DNA from: Sphagnum compactum
Lineage: Eukaryota
Assembly: GCA_965153455.1 (NCBI GenBank)
Contig: OZ234493.1
Span: 6,014,001 to 6,078,000 of the forward strand
DNA: 64,000 nucleotides
Direction of reading: 5' to 3'
The translations under genes were made by a program, and so were the position numbers. Position 1 is the stretch's first letter, and every line of letters starts with the position of its first letter. The notes under the pieces were generated by a model that searched no databases, was not told where the DNA came from, and was given only the letters and a program-made list of their open reading frames with translations. Below, one piece after another: positions 49,964 to 63,539 of this stretch.

Positions 49964-51629
49964 TCTGTGAATCTCAAGAAGCATTCAATAATGCGTATTT
50001 TTGTGTCCTGAGTATGTATTTATGTATTGGTAGTTGGAACCACTGGAAATGATCTCGATAGTCTTCTCCCTGAAGTGCTTCATTGAAGTTGTTGAATTTT
50101 GAGCTTACTGTATCTCCTCCCTCTGTTGCAGATGTACCCTGCTGGAGTTTGTGGACTTTTGAGCTTGCTGTATCTCTCTTTTGCAGATGTGTACCTCCTT
50201 GGAAACGCTCACATACCAGAGAGAGACAGAGAGAGACAGAGAGAGTCTTGTCCTTCTGGAATTGCATTCATCTTTGCTGTTGATTAGGTTTTGGGTGATG
50301 CAGAAGAGCTTTGCAAGGTGCTGCTACTTGGATTCTTCTATTAGCATCATTTGACGCTGTTGCAGCATTATTGCTGTGCAGATTTCAAAGAGTAGTACTT
50401 CCATCTCTTTCTGCTGTTGTTGTTTTCATCTTTTTTTGCGTTCTGTCGCTGCAACTGCGAGGGTTGCCAGCCAGAGATGATCTTTTGCGGTTCACTGTTG
50501 ATTTACTGACTGTGTGCAGCAGCAACAGCTGAAAAAAGAGTGCGCTGCGTCAGCCATTTGGTGGGGTCCTCTCGTCGTCTCTAGTCTTTTGTTACAGAGA
50601 AACCACAACAAAAGCCTGTAGCCGTAGCGGCCACGACGGACGGACAGACCGCGACGGACAAGCGTAAAAAGAGTCTCAAGAACTCAACCCCACTTTCTCG
50701 TCTCGCGCACAGCCGCTGCAACGAGTGCGACGGGCATCCAGACCGGTATCCTTCTCTCCCTCGCTCCCTCTCTCTATCATCGTTGGGCTTTTTCAGATCT
50801 ACCCATCTTCTCCCTGGAGCTGAAGTTGAAGTCTTTGGTATTCTGTGTTCTTCTGTGATGGTTTTCCGCCGTGGGTTTTTGCAAGGAATGCGATAGGACA
50901 TGGAAAAACCGGTGTTTTCTTGCTTGCTTGACCATCGCTTGGGTCAGTTGCTTCAATAGTCTGTGTGTGATCTGCATTGCAAGACTTCTTCTGGGGTTGT
51001 CTGTTTCTGGAGAGTATGGTACTCGGATAAAAACAGGAGTGATAAGCTTATTGTAGCTAGCTGTATCAATCCCCTTGGAGATCTGTTTTGTATCAAGCTT
51101 GATACCGTTTCTGCAGCTGTGATTGGCTGAGTTTCTGGAGCTTTTCAGAAAGTTTTGGAAAGTTTTGGAGAGCTTGGGAGCTCTAAAATTTTTGTACATG
51201 CTTTGTGGTTGCTGGGGGGTGTGGTGCTGTAGCTGTTGAAAAGAGTTCTTATGGCAGCTTCTGTGGTGCAGCACGAATGTATCCAGTTCAATGACCAGCT
51301 ATGATGCAGAGATGGACCACATGTATGTCAAGCTCTCTCCTGTCCCACATGCGTTATATCTTTGTGTCCCATCTTTCAAGGTCCAGCTTTTAGCTGAAGC
51401 TCTGCACAAAGTTGAAGTGAGATTGTTGTTTAGGAGGAATGACTGCAGATTACTTAGTCAGGTTTTTTTTTGCCTGCTGGCGTTTTCTCCTGTTTTTTTC
51501 TGACATTTGTCCCCTGGAATGGTTGCTGTATAGTCTGAGCGAATGTGAGGAGCAGGTGTGAAGGTTTGGATTTGGAGTACTGAGAGTCCAGGTGGATGTA
51601 AGGGAGACTGGAGGTGTAGTAATAAAAGC

Positions 51630-53274
51630 ATGAAGATGAGGAAAGATGGTGGCAATCGGGGACCATGGAGCTGGAGATCGCGGGGTGGTGTACACATACT
51701 CAAGATGACATCACGCATCCGCGTGCTGCTTGTGGTTCTGCTTGTCACTCTCTTTGGAGCCTCAATACTCACTTACCACTTTGGCCTCCCTGTCACAAAC
51801 CTAGGTGTGTATTTGTATCTCTGTTTGTGTACATGTGCATCTTCTTTATGTGTGTGTTTGCACCCTTTGTGGCATACACTTAAATCTCCACCTTCTCATG
51901 CATTAGTGGGCTGCTGATTGGATTTGACCACCACCTGCACACCCCCAAACAAAGAGAATCTTACAGTCAGTTTACTCATTGCAATCTGGTTAAACAGAGT
52001 CTCCTGACGATGACAGCACCACAAAAGCGGGCTTCCCTGGGATGCTGGAAGGGGAGGTGTTTATGTGCGATCGTTCACAGTACCGTACAGATGTATGTAA
52101 CATGCGTGGTGACATTCGCATGAGCAACAGCACCCACTTCACACTGTATGCTGTTGACAAAAGTACACCTTTGGGGGAGGAGGTTGTCAAGCCATACACT
52201 CGCAAGTGGGAGAAGAGCTGTATGGACAATGTGCATGATGTCATCTTGCACAGTGTGCCATCATCCCTTGCAAGCAACAGTGTGTGTGATGTGCAACACA
52301 GCGCACCAGGTGTGGTGTTCAGCACTGGAGGCTACACTGGCAATTTGTACCATGAGTTTCATGATGGTCTCATTCCGCTTTTCATCACAACACAACACTT
52401 GAACCGTGAGGTTGTTGTTGTTGTCTCAGAGTTTCATGAATGGTGGCTTACAAAATACAGTGAAGTCATACAGGAGATGTCCAACTACACAGTGATCAAC
52501 TTTGAGGAAGATCAGCGTTTGCATTGTTTTCCAGAAGTTACAGTAGGTCTACATATCCATGGAGAGTTGAGCATTGATCCCACACGGATGCCTGATAATA
52601 AAAGTATTCTGGACTTTCGGGATTTGCTGAGCCGTGCTTATACACCATCACCTGAGGAACTTGAACCTCAGGGATCTGAGGTTCCTGAGGGTTCCACCAA
52701 TGTTGCTGATTCCTCCAAGGTCTCTGGGGTCTCTAATATGGAGACAACAAAACAACTGACCATTCTTGTGCGGAATGGAACACGTGTCCTGCTGAACCTG
52801 GATGAGATTGTGGAGTTGGCATCGGAGGCCGGCTTCAATGTGACACTCTTAAGCCCTGACCCAACAACAGAGCTGAAGAGAGTTTTTTGGATTCTGGACA
52901 AGAGTGATGTATTGATGGGTGTGCATGGTGCAGCCCTGACTCATTTCCTGTTCATGCGCCCGGGCTCTGTGTTCATCCAGATCATCCCACTTGGTACTGA
53001 TTGGGCAGCTGCCACATACTATGGGGAGCCAGCAGTAAAACTTGGGCTCCATTATCTGCCTTACAAAATCAAGCCTGCAGAGAGCTCTCTCAGTGATAAG
53101 TACAGCTCAACAGACCCAATCCTTACAAATCCTGCCACCATTGTTGACAAGGGTTGGTGGACTATGAAGGAGGTATACTTAGAGGGACAAGATGTACGCC
53201 CTTCTCTTGTGCAGATGCGGAAGTTGTTTGAGAAGGCCAAGAAGTTGCTAAAAAAGAGAAGCCCTCTCCTGTAA
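51630..53274 (+). CDS. Glycosyltransferase family 61 (xylan arabinosyl/xylosyltransferase-like), type II membrane protein, about 483 aa
   Basis: Exons 51630-51804 (short tail and TM helix VLLVVLLVTLFGASILTY) and 51998-53274. GT61 motifs CDRSQYRTDVCNMRGDIR, VKPYTRKWE, FSTGGYTGNLYHEFHDGLIPLFIT, DVLMGVHGAALTHFLFMRPGSVFIQIIPLG and YYGEPA. Confidence 0.93.
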
Positions 53275-54745
53275 GTCTGCCACTCTTTTATGCAGATCAA
53301 AATGGGTATATGTATAGTATAGAAGCAGTCCTGGTATCCATACACTTGGAGCAAAGAACTGAATCCTAAATTTCATTTGGGTCTTTCAAGAGCTCCACTG
53401 ACTTAGCACCAGATTACAGCAAAGCTTGAGGACCGGAGCACAACTGACAGGCTGCAAACACATCAAAGCTAGTTCACGGAGAGTACCATAGCACCACTTG
53501 TATGTGTTCTGTCACAATTTCAATTGACTAGACTGTAGTAAACATGTAAGCACATCATCCATACTTGTAGATGGAAGACATTGTTTGTACTTATAGATAG
53601 AAATCAGGTGTTCTTTGGTCAATTCGAGACAAATCTTTTGTTTGTTGAGAACAACAATAGAGTATCAAAAATCATCTGGGTTAGGGGTTGGGGTGACTAA
53701 TTTAAATGGTGAACCTGAATGGTGCTTGGTAGGCACTTTGTTTTTCCACCCCTACTTTGGTAGGGGGTTGTGCTCGGCGGGAGGTGTCGGTGGATGCTAT
53801 CCACTTGCCAGCCTTGTTTCTTTAATTGCAAGGGTATTGGGTACAACGGAATTAAGGTGTTCACACAGTGAAGCATTCTGTCCATTGCATTAAGGTTATA
53901 GAGAAACAATAATCGAGATTATGATGTGTTCTATTTGTTGTTTTGTTTGAGATAAGAACCCAAAAGCTATTGTCGTTGGAATCATCCACCACTTGTGCAT
54001 TAACATTGTTCTTATGCAATAAATCACATTTTTATTATCATATCCGTAGACCATTCATTGTGATCCTAATAACTCATAGACACATGTTTGAAACATATTC
54101 TAGAAAGTTCTATACTATAGTTTGTACACAAAATAATAATTGTTTAAACTCAAATCTTGATGATTCATTAACATGCATTTAAAACGTATTTTGAAAAGTT
54201 TTACAAGTTAACTTGCACACTTTAATAATTGTGTCAAATCAAATTTAGAATTAAAAGATACTTGTCATAATATTAGTCTAAACTCACTTTCAAAACATGG
54301 CATGAATGCCTTAACAATGGCCCTCGTTTGATTTTAGAACATTTTCAATCTAGTTAGTGTCTTGTAGCATGAATGGTGGTGATGAAGGTTTTCTAGAATG
54401 TGGACAACTTGACTCAAGGTTAAACAAGTGGTATCAAATTTTGTGATCTACTTTCCGATGAATTTGTTGTTTGGTTTTTGCACAAAAAAATTTCAATCGA
54501 ATCAAATTGAGAGAACTTATCGCATAGAATGTACTTTCCATTGTGCGTAACTTCAAAATAGTGTTTGAATTCTAGTAAGATGTGTGTATTCAAAAAAATT
54601 TGCATGGCTTGATACTTGGGCTTGGCATTGCTACACACCACTAGGTGATGATCAACTATTTTCTTCCTTTCTTATGTTCCCATATGGTATTCAATAGTTC
54701 ATCGTTATTTATGTCAATGTCAAATTCAATTTGAATTAATATAAA

Positions 54746-55100
54746 CTAGTGTGAACCCGGTGCATAATGCACCCGTCGAGCTCCCCCCCGCCTGGTCCTT
54801 CCCATTGCCCACTCCGGTTCTTTACCCCGTCGACCCCCCCTTGTCCTTTGCATTTTCCACTCCGATTTTTTAACCCGTTGATCCCCCCCTCGTTCCCCTG
54901 TTATATATAATTAACTTTTCGGCCCGTGCTCCCCCCCCCCCCCCCGCCCGTGTTGGCCCCCCGTTACCAAGCCCTGTCATAGAAAATATATTGCCCGGTT
55001 CTGCCATAGAAAATGCAGAGACCGGTTCTGCAATAGAATTGCAGCAGAATTGTCGTGTCAGACAAACGCACGGACAAACTTACTGAATTAATATAGTAGA
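54746..55100 (-). mobile_element. Non-autonomous Helitron, copy A (355 bp)
   Basis: Minus strand starts 5'-TCTACTATATTAATTCAGTAAG and ends with hairpin GGTGCATTATGCACC about 10 nt before the terminal CTAG. Inserted between A and T with no TSD. Confidence 0.88.
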
Positions 55101-56890
55101 TATTATCATGGACATGAAAAGACATATGTTAATTTGCTTTTTCATATCCATGTTGGAGGGTAGGAAAAGGAGGTACTATTAGGGAAATAGTGAGATAGTT
55201 AGTAGGAAAGGAGGTAGTTATTAAGAAAAATGTAAGGTAGTTAGGCTTCGAAGTGAGGTAGTTGCTATTGGAATTGTCTTTGAAATTGTCTAGCAATACC
55301 CATACAAATGATTATGCAAAATTAATGGTCCAAGGATGGCCATACAAAAAAACTATTCAAAATCTTCTATATACCAATTACTTGAAATTTTTTGCCATTG
55401 AAAATTTAAAATTAATGGTACATTTTTTCTCACACAAAAGGGGAGTCCAATCTTTCATGAATGTAAAGCTTTTAGTTTTCAAGTTTTTTAATAATTATTA
55501 TAAGTTGTGACTTTGGTGAATCTTAGTATTCAAGTGATGTTGTAAAGACTATAATTTCCATGGGTGTTTTGTAATAAGTCTGCACTTTGGTACTTAAAAA
55601 ATGTTACTAATTTTGAATTATTCATAGTGAAAAAATAAATGTTTAGAAAGATGTCCGTGACAAACTTCTAGAAAGGGACCAAGAAAGGTCACAAATGTCA
55701 CACATAATTGTTATGTAAAATTTTGCATTCAAAATATAATGATGTAAGTTTTATGTTCATAGCAAACTTTTCAACACTATTTTCACAAAAAAGTTTCCAA
55801 AATATTGTACCAAATGACATTTGTCAAAAATTGGAAAATGGTGTTACATTTGCCTAAACTTGCAAACATCAAATCATGTAAGTCAACTTAGGAGGTAAGT
55901 CCAATTCCTACAATCCAATTTTTCTAAAATATTCATATAGTCCCAAGAATTATCTAGAAACAAATACTACTAATTGTCACCTAGGCTTGGTGATAAAATT
56001 TCAAATGCAAAGTTGTCATAGGCATCACAAAAAAATCAAGTTATGTCAATTGTCAATCCAATTACATAATCAAAAAAATTGAAGAGATGATAAGGAACCT
56101 TTTTGGCTGGCAAAATTTGAAAAACTTAACAATTGGACTTAATTGTAGTGTCCTCACTTTAATCATCCATGAAATTAGGGTGCAAGCAAGATATTTTGTA
56201 CATATTTGTTACCTTTGTTTTCTTATTTGAAAATGCAAGAAAAAACAATTGCTCAAACTTATGATTTTTCTCTGGCATTTCAAAACAAGTGAAATTTTTA
56301 AATTTTTTATAGGCATCTCTAACTTCCCCCTAATTTTTCAAAGCAACTTGTGTCATATCATTTGGACTTGAAAAAATACCTCAAAAGTATCCCCAACAAA
56401 TGGTCATTTTTTAAAGGTTGGGGATAATTTTAGTTATGAAACCAAATTCGATTAACCTAAAATATTATATTAGGATGTTCATCACATCAATATTGAGGTG
56501 GTTGCAAAAGAAATCAAATACTTGCAAAAACATTTCATCTATTTTCTAGTACTTCAACTTTATTTTTCAAACTGCCACAAATTTTAGGTCCAATTCAAGT
56601 ACTTGCAAGTAGTTTTTAAAGACATGATTATAACAATTTAACTTTGGAAGTCCATGCAAACAAGAGTTAAGAAATAATGTACCCCAAGAAAATATTATTA
56701 TCCCCATAAAATTATCTACTTGTTAGTCTTTTTATTTAAGGACCCCGATATTTTTTGTATATTTTACCATGTTTTCAACCATTAGATTTATGGTGAAAAT
56801 ATTCACCTTTATTACATCTATTTAGGTTTTTGTTGTGGCATCCAACAAAAATTGATAGTAACATGACAAAATTTTAAAGAGCCTACTCAA

Positions 56891-57201
56891 TCATATATGT
56901 TAATTCAGTAAGTCTGTCTGTGACGGAGGTTTTGGGGGGTGGGGGAGGGAGAGGCCGGTGAAGCAGTGGGTGACAGGGCTTGGTAACAGGGCGGGGGGGG
57001 GGGGGGCCCAGCACGGGGCAGGAAGTTAATTATATATAACAGGGGAACGGGGGGGGGGGGGATCAACGGGTTAAAGAATCGGAGTGAACAATGCGAAGGA
57101 CGGGGGGGGGGGGTCGACGGGGTAAAGAACCGGAGTGGGCAATGGGAAGGACCGGGCGGGGGGGAGCTCGACGGGTGCATTATGCACCGGGTTCACACTA
57201 G
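56891..57201 (+). mobile_element. Non-autonomous Helitron, copy B (311 bp), same family as copy A
   Basis: A|TCATATATGTTAATTCAGTAAG ... GGTGCATTATGCACCGGGTTCACACTAG|T. Segment 56971-57201 is the reverse complement of 54746-54979 with few changes. Confidence 0.88.
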
Positions 57202-58928
57202 TTAGTATAATTTCACAAAATGTGGAATGTCCATCACCATTTGCACCATTTTTTATTACATTTTTATAGTATTAAGCCTTAGATTGTATAATGTATTGGC
57301 AATAAATGAATGGACTAAAAATCTAAAATCATTTATACTTCATACACATTCACAAAAGATGAGGAGAGCCTTGTGTATGGATAGATGTCTAAGTTGTACA
57401 TGTCAAGAATGTAAATATATTTTGCAACCCACCACTTTAAAACATATAATTAAATAAAACTTAAATAGACATTAATATTGTTAAATGATGAAAAACAAGT
57501 TGATAGTGTTACACCTTTCACAACTTTGATTTCCTTAATATGGAAGTTTTAATTGGAAAATTCTTATCACTAATCAAATTTATACAACATTATAGTTGAA
57601 AACTAATTTGCTTTCATTTGTTTGGAACAAATGTTCCTGGATGTCCATGCAAACTTCTAAATAACTTGAAAGGTCACAAATGTCACACATAAATTTGTTC
57701 TATAATTTCACATTCATGAACATCCTAATGCAATCCATTTCAAGTGATTTTAAGAAGGTTTTAGATTACTTTTTAAGGACTAGACTTTACGAAATCTACT
57801 AGTCATTAAGCCTTCAAAATAAGGTAATTGTTTATTTACCCAAAACCTAGTTGTAAAATGTGTGATATAATCTTGATGAAATCAAGGGTGGATGATCAAT
57901 CTTTGAGAGATTGATGGGACATGCAAATGACATACAAAACAATTGACCATACCCCTACAGATGTGATAGATTTGAACGATTCTAAAACTTTAAACATTAA
58001 AGAACATTCATACCATGTTTATATGATTCCAATGACGATAGTTGCATGTTCATGCCAACTGTTTATGTGCTTCAACATAATGATGCCTCTTAAGACATGT
58101 AAACCAATTTGCTTTGAACCTATGAATGCAAGAGAACAAGATTCTACATTGCCCAACAATCAATTGTTAATAATTTTGCACAAAGCCATTGACACCCACC
58201 ATGGTGAAAAATCCTAACACAACCAATTTAATAAACAAAGTAAAAATAATAATTAATTGGAAGCATTAAAGTGAAACAAATTTATTCATATGCTAAAAAA
58301 AACATGACAAAGGCTATTGAAAAGGGTAGCCATATGTGACATAGTTAGTTGACCACATAATTGTAGTGAACTTGATTGAAGAAAACAAAATCAAGAACTT
58401 GAGAATTGATATGGAGAAACAAGTTGAATATCTACATTAATAGAAAAATACAAGATGATAATGATGCACAACCAAACATGATAAATGTCATTGATGGGTT
58501 CAAACAATGTATTGAACAAGTGGTATTTGTAAGAAACAAAGGTGATACTAGCAACAATGTTCATGTGTTGCATGACAAAGTAATCAACAACATACAATTA
58601 TCAACTTCACCTACAACAAAAAGACATCTAGATAGGTGAAAGAACTATTGGACGTTATAAAAGAATAATTACCAATGTTATGTATCAGCAAAATGTAAAA
58701 TGTGGGAAATTTTTATTCATAAACAAAATGAATCAAAAAATGTGTATGAAGAAATAATCTTTAAACATTGTCATAACCTTTTTTTTGAGGTTGTGACAAA
58801 AAAAAAAAAAAAAAGTGTATCAAGTTGAAGAAAAAGTTGAAAACTAATTGCATGAGAATTATCCATGGGACTTCAAACAAAGTCCCATAGTGTTGATCAC
58901 AACATTGATTTTATTTTAATGGGGGGAA

Positions 58929-59830
58929 TGTCACAACCTTAATTTGGGTGCACAATCAGCTTTCACAATGGGCAACAAAGTGGCCTTCCTTGAAAAGAAA
59001 TTCAAAGCTTTCAAATTAGGAATTGGCCAAAAAAAAAAAAGGTCAAGATTTGAGCAAATGTAAGAGGATGAAAATGCACTCTCACATGAAATGGAAATGT
59101 ATAAAGTGAAGTGTGTGAGAGTTCAAGGGAAACATTCTTAAGACTCCCAAATTGAACTTTTATTTGAAGAGTTAAGAATATTAAAGTGTCCTTAAATTTT
59201 AACTCGAAGTTTGGGAGATGAAACATTGCCCAAATTGCCCCTTTTAAAACCATTGCAAAGGTCTTGAAAAGTAATAAAACATTGGATATAAATCCTAAAC
59301 TTATGACCATTTGAAAATTTAAGACAAAAATTGTAAATGTCCCACACATTTGGAATGCAATTTGGAGGGGAAAATCATGTTCAAACTACTAGCTTGATAC
59401 AACATTAAACTATGATTTCAAGAGTTACAATATAATGGGGTTGCATGTCTAATGTAGATGCATGATGAAGGAGTTATAATTGTTTGAAAGGGTGGGACAA
59501 GTTTTGTCCCAATATTGGGAATTCGTCCTAGGAGTCACAAGATTGTTTCCACTTTCATGTAATTCCCATTGCCATGTACAAAATATATTATAAAAAGGAT
59601 AATGATGATTCTTCCCCCAAATCTAGGCAATGGTAAATGTTATGAATGTGAATTGCCCATGGTTTATGAAGATAGTGTCACGACCTTAACTTGGTATAGT
59701 GCATATAAGTGTGCTATAGACCAAGATACCTAGAATTAGCTCCCTCCCTCAATTTCAAACTCCCTTTTGTTGTATAACAAGTTTATAATAAATAGTTCAT
59801 TATGAAATACATCTAGTAGGAATGTGACAT
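58929..59830 (+). repeat. Degenerate LTR-like interspersed repeat remnants
   Basis: TGTCACAACCTTAA (58929) and TGTCACGACCTTAA (~59677) starts and a TGTGACA end (~59823-59829) resemble gypsy-type LTR termini. No coding part. Confidence 0.35.
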
Positions 59831-62171
59831 GTAAATTAAACTTTTTGACTAGCTTTCAAAATGTCTTATTTATGGTGTCAATTTTTTAATAATGATAAAC
59901 CTCCTTTGTTTATGCTTCATGTAGTGCAAAACAACTATAGTATATTAGGTTTCCCCTCTTCTTTATAAGACATCATGATCCAAGAAATCAAAGGTATCTT
60001 TCATTGCCAATTATAGAAGGAGGATTAACACTAATACATTTAATATGAGGAAATAGATGACATGGCATATATATTGCATGTTTGTATAATGTTGACCTTC
60101 CCATCATTCTACAATCATCGACAATACATAGGAAAAAATAAAATCAATGAAACATTTGTTACAATCAACTACTATTAAATAAATCATGCTACAACCACTT
60201 ACTTTTCTAAAGTATTGATCTTTAGCAAAGGGCCTTGAAGGATTCATAATAGAAACAATTGTTCCATTGATGACACCTTTTATAAAAAGTAAATTGCACC
60301 AACTCTTGAATTATGCCATCATTATTTGCATCTTGTTGCAAACAATCTAAATTTTGTTTTGAAGAACAAATTGAAATAAAAACGTTTAGAAGGTGCTACA
60401 AGACAATAAGATGCAACTTGAAATAATGACAATGTCATGACAAAACTTGGCAAATGACTTGAAAGAGATGCAAAACCCAATGTGAAGGAAAAAGGGAAGT
60501 TGTGTGCATGCAATATAAAATGAACAATTTGATTACCTTGGTAACCCTAAAAAAATGTAGGATGAACGTAAATTTAAAATAACAATAAACTCATCATAAA
60601 ATTGTTGTAAATACAAATTTTTAACTTTAATGATCAAAGATTATATATTTTCCATTTATGTGCATTACTTTCCAAAATGTGCATTGTTTCGATAGGTTTT
60701 TCTAAATGCAAGTAGGGTAAATTGGCCAATGACTTAACACTTAGTGTTTCACTCATCAAGCTTTTGCTCAATATAATTACTTTTTATTTTGGGTTTAAGA
60801 TGAAATGTAGGTCATTAGATTCTGCACACATTAGCCTTAAAATTGTTTAATTTGGTTTTAAAATGAGAAAGGTATGCTTACACAAAGTTGGGGTGGTAAA
60901 AATTGTGAAAAAAATTGCATCAAACACATGGCAATCCATGGGGAATTTGTTTTCCCCCTATCAGCAAATAATAATACCTTAACTACCAAACAATACCTAC
61001 CTCCATCACCGAGATGAATGAAGAATCCACTAATCAAAATCTTCAAAATTATCGTTTAGTTTTAAACAAAGGGTGGAAATTTAATTTTGTTTGAAGGTTT
61101 GTAAATCTATAACAATAGGTGTATGCACTCCCATTCACCAACAAATTCGCAAACGATGTTCAAAAATTGTGGGCGCTACTCTTCTGTTTTTTCATAGTGT
61201 GCAAATGTAATATACATTTTTTTCCTTACCCATATTTTTCCCAAGCTTGGTCAGTTATTTGTAGTGTGTTATTGCCAACAATCTAGAACAAAAGCTTTTC
61301 ATTATGACCTCACCAATAAAAAAAATTCAAACAATAACAAAACACATGTTTGAATAACTATCCAGGTTGCAATCTATATGAATGTTTTAAACTAAACCAT
61401 TTGTACTAGCACAATTGGATTTTCATGTAAGTGAATTATGTGATGGCCTAAAAAAATGCAAAAAAGAACTTGAGTTTTCTTACATGGTTTAGATGTGCAC
61501 TGATGATGATGATAGGTGCAAGCATATTGCAATTTGTTCCCTTAACAGTTGCCCTTTCTATAAATTACATGGATCGATTCATGTCCTGCCACCATCTACC
61601 GATATGATAAAATATGTTTTATCCATTGTTGCGTGGTCTCTTTTCTATATGACAAAGTAGGGAATGCACACCTACTTTTGTCCTTGAAGGTTTTGCCTGC
61701 ATGGAGTTTTTATGCCATTGTTTGATTGTTTTTGCAACAAGGCAAAGTTTGGATGCTTTAGCTTTTTTTAATTGCCCGTATGTCTATGGTTGCCAAAATG
61801 GAAGAAATAGAAGTTCCCATCCTCCTTGACTTGCAAGTTGAATTTTATACCATTTTTTAGGTTTATTGAAAAAGGTTTTGTTTTTTTCAAACAGATTATA
61901 GTGCAATGTGGCTATAGGAGTTCTACACTTGCAAATCAAGGAACTTGTGCATGTATGGGATTATGTTTACAATTTTTAGTTAAACAAATGTGGGATTGCC
62001 ATATCACTTGAGTCACTACTTATAGGTGATTACCATTTTTGTGTGTGTGTTGTGAATGGAATGACTTGTCAATGTCATATAAATGTTACATAAACTAACC
62101 ACGAGATTTAAAAAGGGAAAGACCCTTAATTAGAAGTTCTACATTTAGTATTGTCTTTTGTGCAATAAACA

Positions 62172-62390
62172 ATGTGCATGATAATGGCAAATGCGATTAT
62201 TCCAATATTAAATCTCTATATGAAGAAGGGGTTTCCACTACCTGTTTTTGCAACAATTGACCTCCAGAATGTAGATGCTAGATATGATGATGTCTACATC
62301 CTTATTTACAGTGATGTGTACTACAAAGGTGGATACATCAAACCCTTTATTGAACCTTTACGAGAATTATCATCTACTATACTTTTGTAA
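62172..62390 (+). pseudogene. Orphan terminal-exon fragment of an LBP/BPI (lipid-binding serum glycoprotein) family gene
   Basis: ANAIIPILNLYMKKGFPLPVFATIDLQNVDARYDDVYILIYSDVYY resembles the plant LBP/BPI C-terminus (P..N..L.KGFPLP....LQNA.......CSDV). No upstream exons or intact AG acceptor were recognised. Confidence 0.6.
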
Positions 62391-63539
62391 AATGGTTTTT
62401 TTGAGTGAAATATAAGTGTCATGAAGAGAGGAAATGTGTTATTTCTTGTTGGAAGAAACAAAGAAAGCATAAGGGCATGGGATGGATAAAACATCAAATT
62501 CTAGAAGATCAAGAAGGACCTTTTATGTTCCATAATGTGTTGAAAGTATGCTTGGAAATTTCCTAGAAAAACATGATATTAATCTTCCCATCCATCTAAG
62601 GATTTTGTAGTCTATTAGTATTCTATTCCATGTCATTATGTTGTTTATGTTCATTTGATCATGTTGGTGGTGATTCTCTGGTGTTCTTGGTCATTAAGCT
62701 ATTTTGGAGTTCCTTTATTCCTATGATTCATTCATGTGAAGGTAATAACCTTGTTGGTTGGTGGCTTCGTTCTATTTGGTAACATTTTGCCTAGTGTCGA
62801 ACTTCACGTTGAAAGATTGTTCCACATCCAAGATTCATGCCCATGTATTTGTACGGATTTGTTTGCATGCTTGTGTGAAAATTCTAATGAAACTTATTAC
62901 CCATTTCCTTCACAATTTTTGGAGATCAGGTTGTAGCAAACTGTGCTCTAGTTTATTTCTCAACTTATCTTTGAACTATTCAATCCACTGCAGACCCCAC
63001 ATTTGCTGCTTTCTTCAATCTCTTCTCTTCCCTTTCCTTTCATTTATATTCTTTGATTTCCTTTATAGCTACCTTGTCCATGGCGTTTTTCTGCATGATA
63101 TTTAAGTACCAATCAGATATTAGTACATGGGATTAGGAGTAATCAATTAATGGTCTTTTTCCCTTTTGTTTGTTTTATAGGTAAACAAGGCAATGAAAAC
63201 AAGTTGTGCATAGACATGGATCCCTGTGTTAGAGTTGGTGGATAAAACATAATTTCTTACAACACATTAGGGCTGTCATGTATGTTTACAACATTGAACT
63301 CCTTTGGCTACTCTTTAATGTTAATAGGGTTACAAGGGATGTTTACATAATAACACAGGTCATGTTCAAAATTGTTAGGAAGATTTTTAGTTGTTGATTG
63401 AGAAACCATTTCATCTATATGCAAAAGTTTTATAGATGTACATTTTTCTCCCCTATCTTGATTCCGATCAACTTCATCATTTGTTGTGTTGGCTTCACTT
63501 CCTTCATCATTGACTAGCTATGTAGTGTATATTTGTGAA

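Noticed and set aside
17505..53274. Functional gene cluster (FBN7, NUP93, DUF179, IGPS, GT61)
   Set aside because: The products act in unrelated pathways and compartments. This is an ordinary eukaryotic gene neighbourhood with no evidence of a biosynthetic cluster.
56905..57180. 91-aa proline-rich ORF resembling an extensin
   Set aside because: It is the translation of C-runs on the antisense strand of Helitron copy B.
57900..61990. Short ORFs in AT-rich DNA, probably TE debris
   Set aside because: No motif I can assign with confidence.
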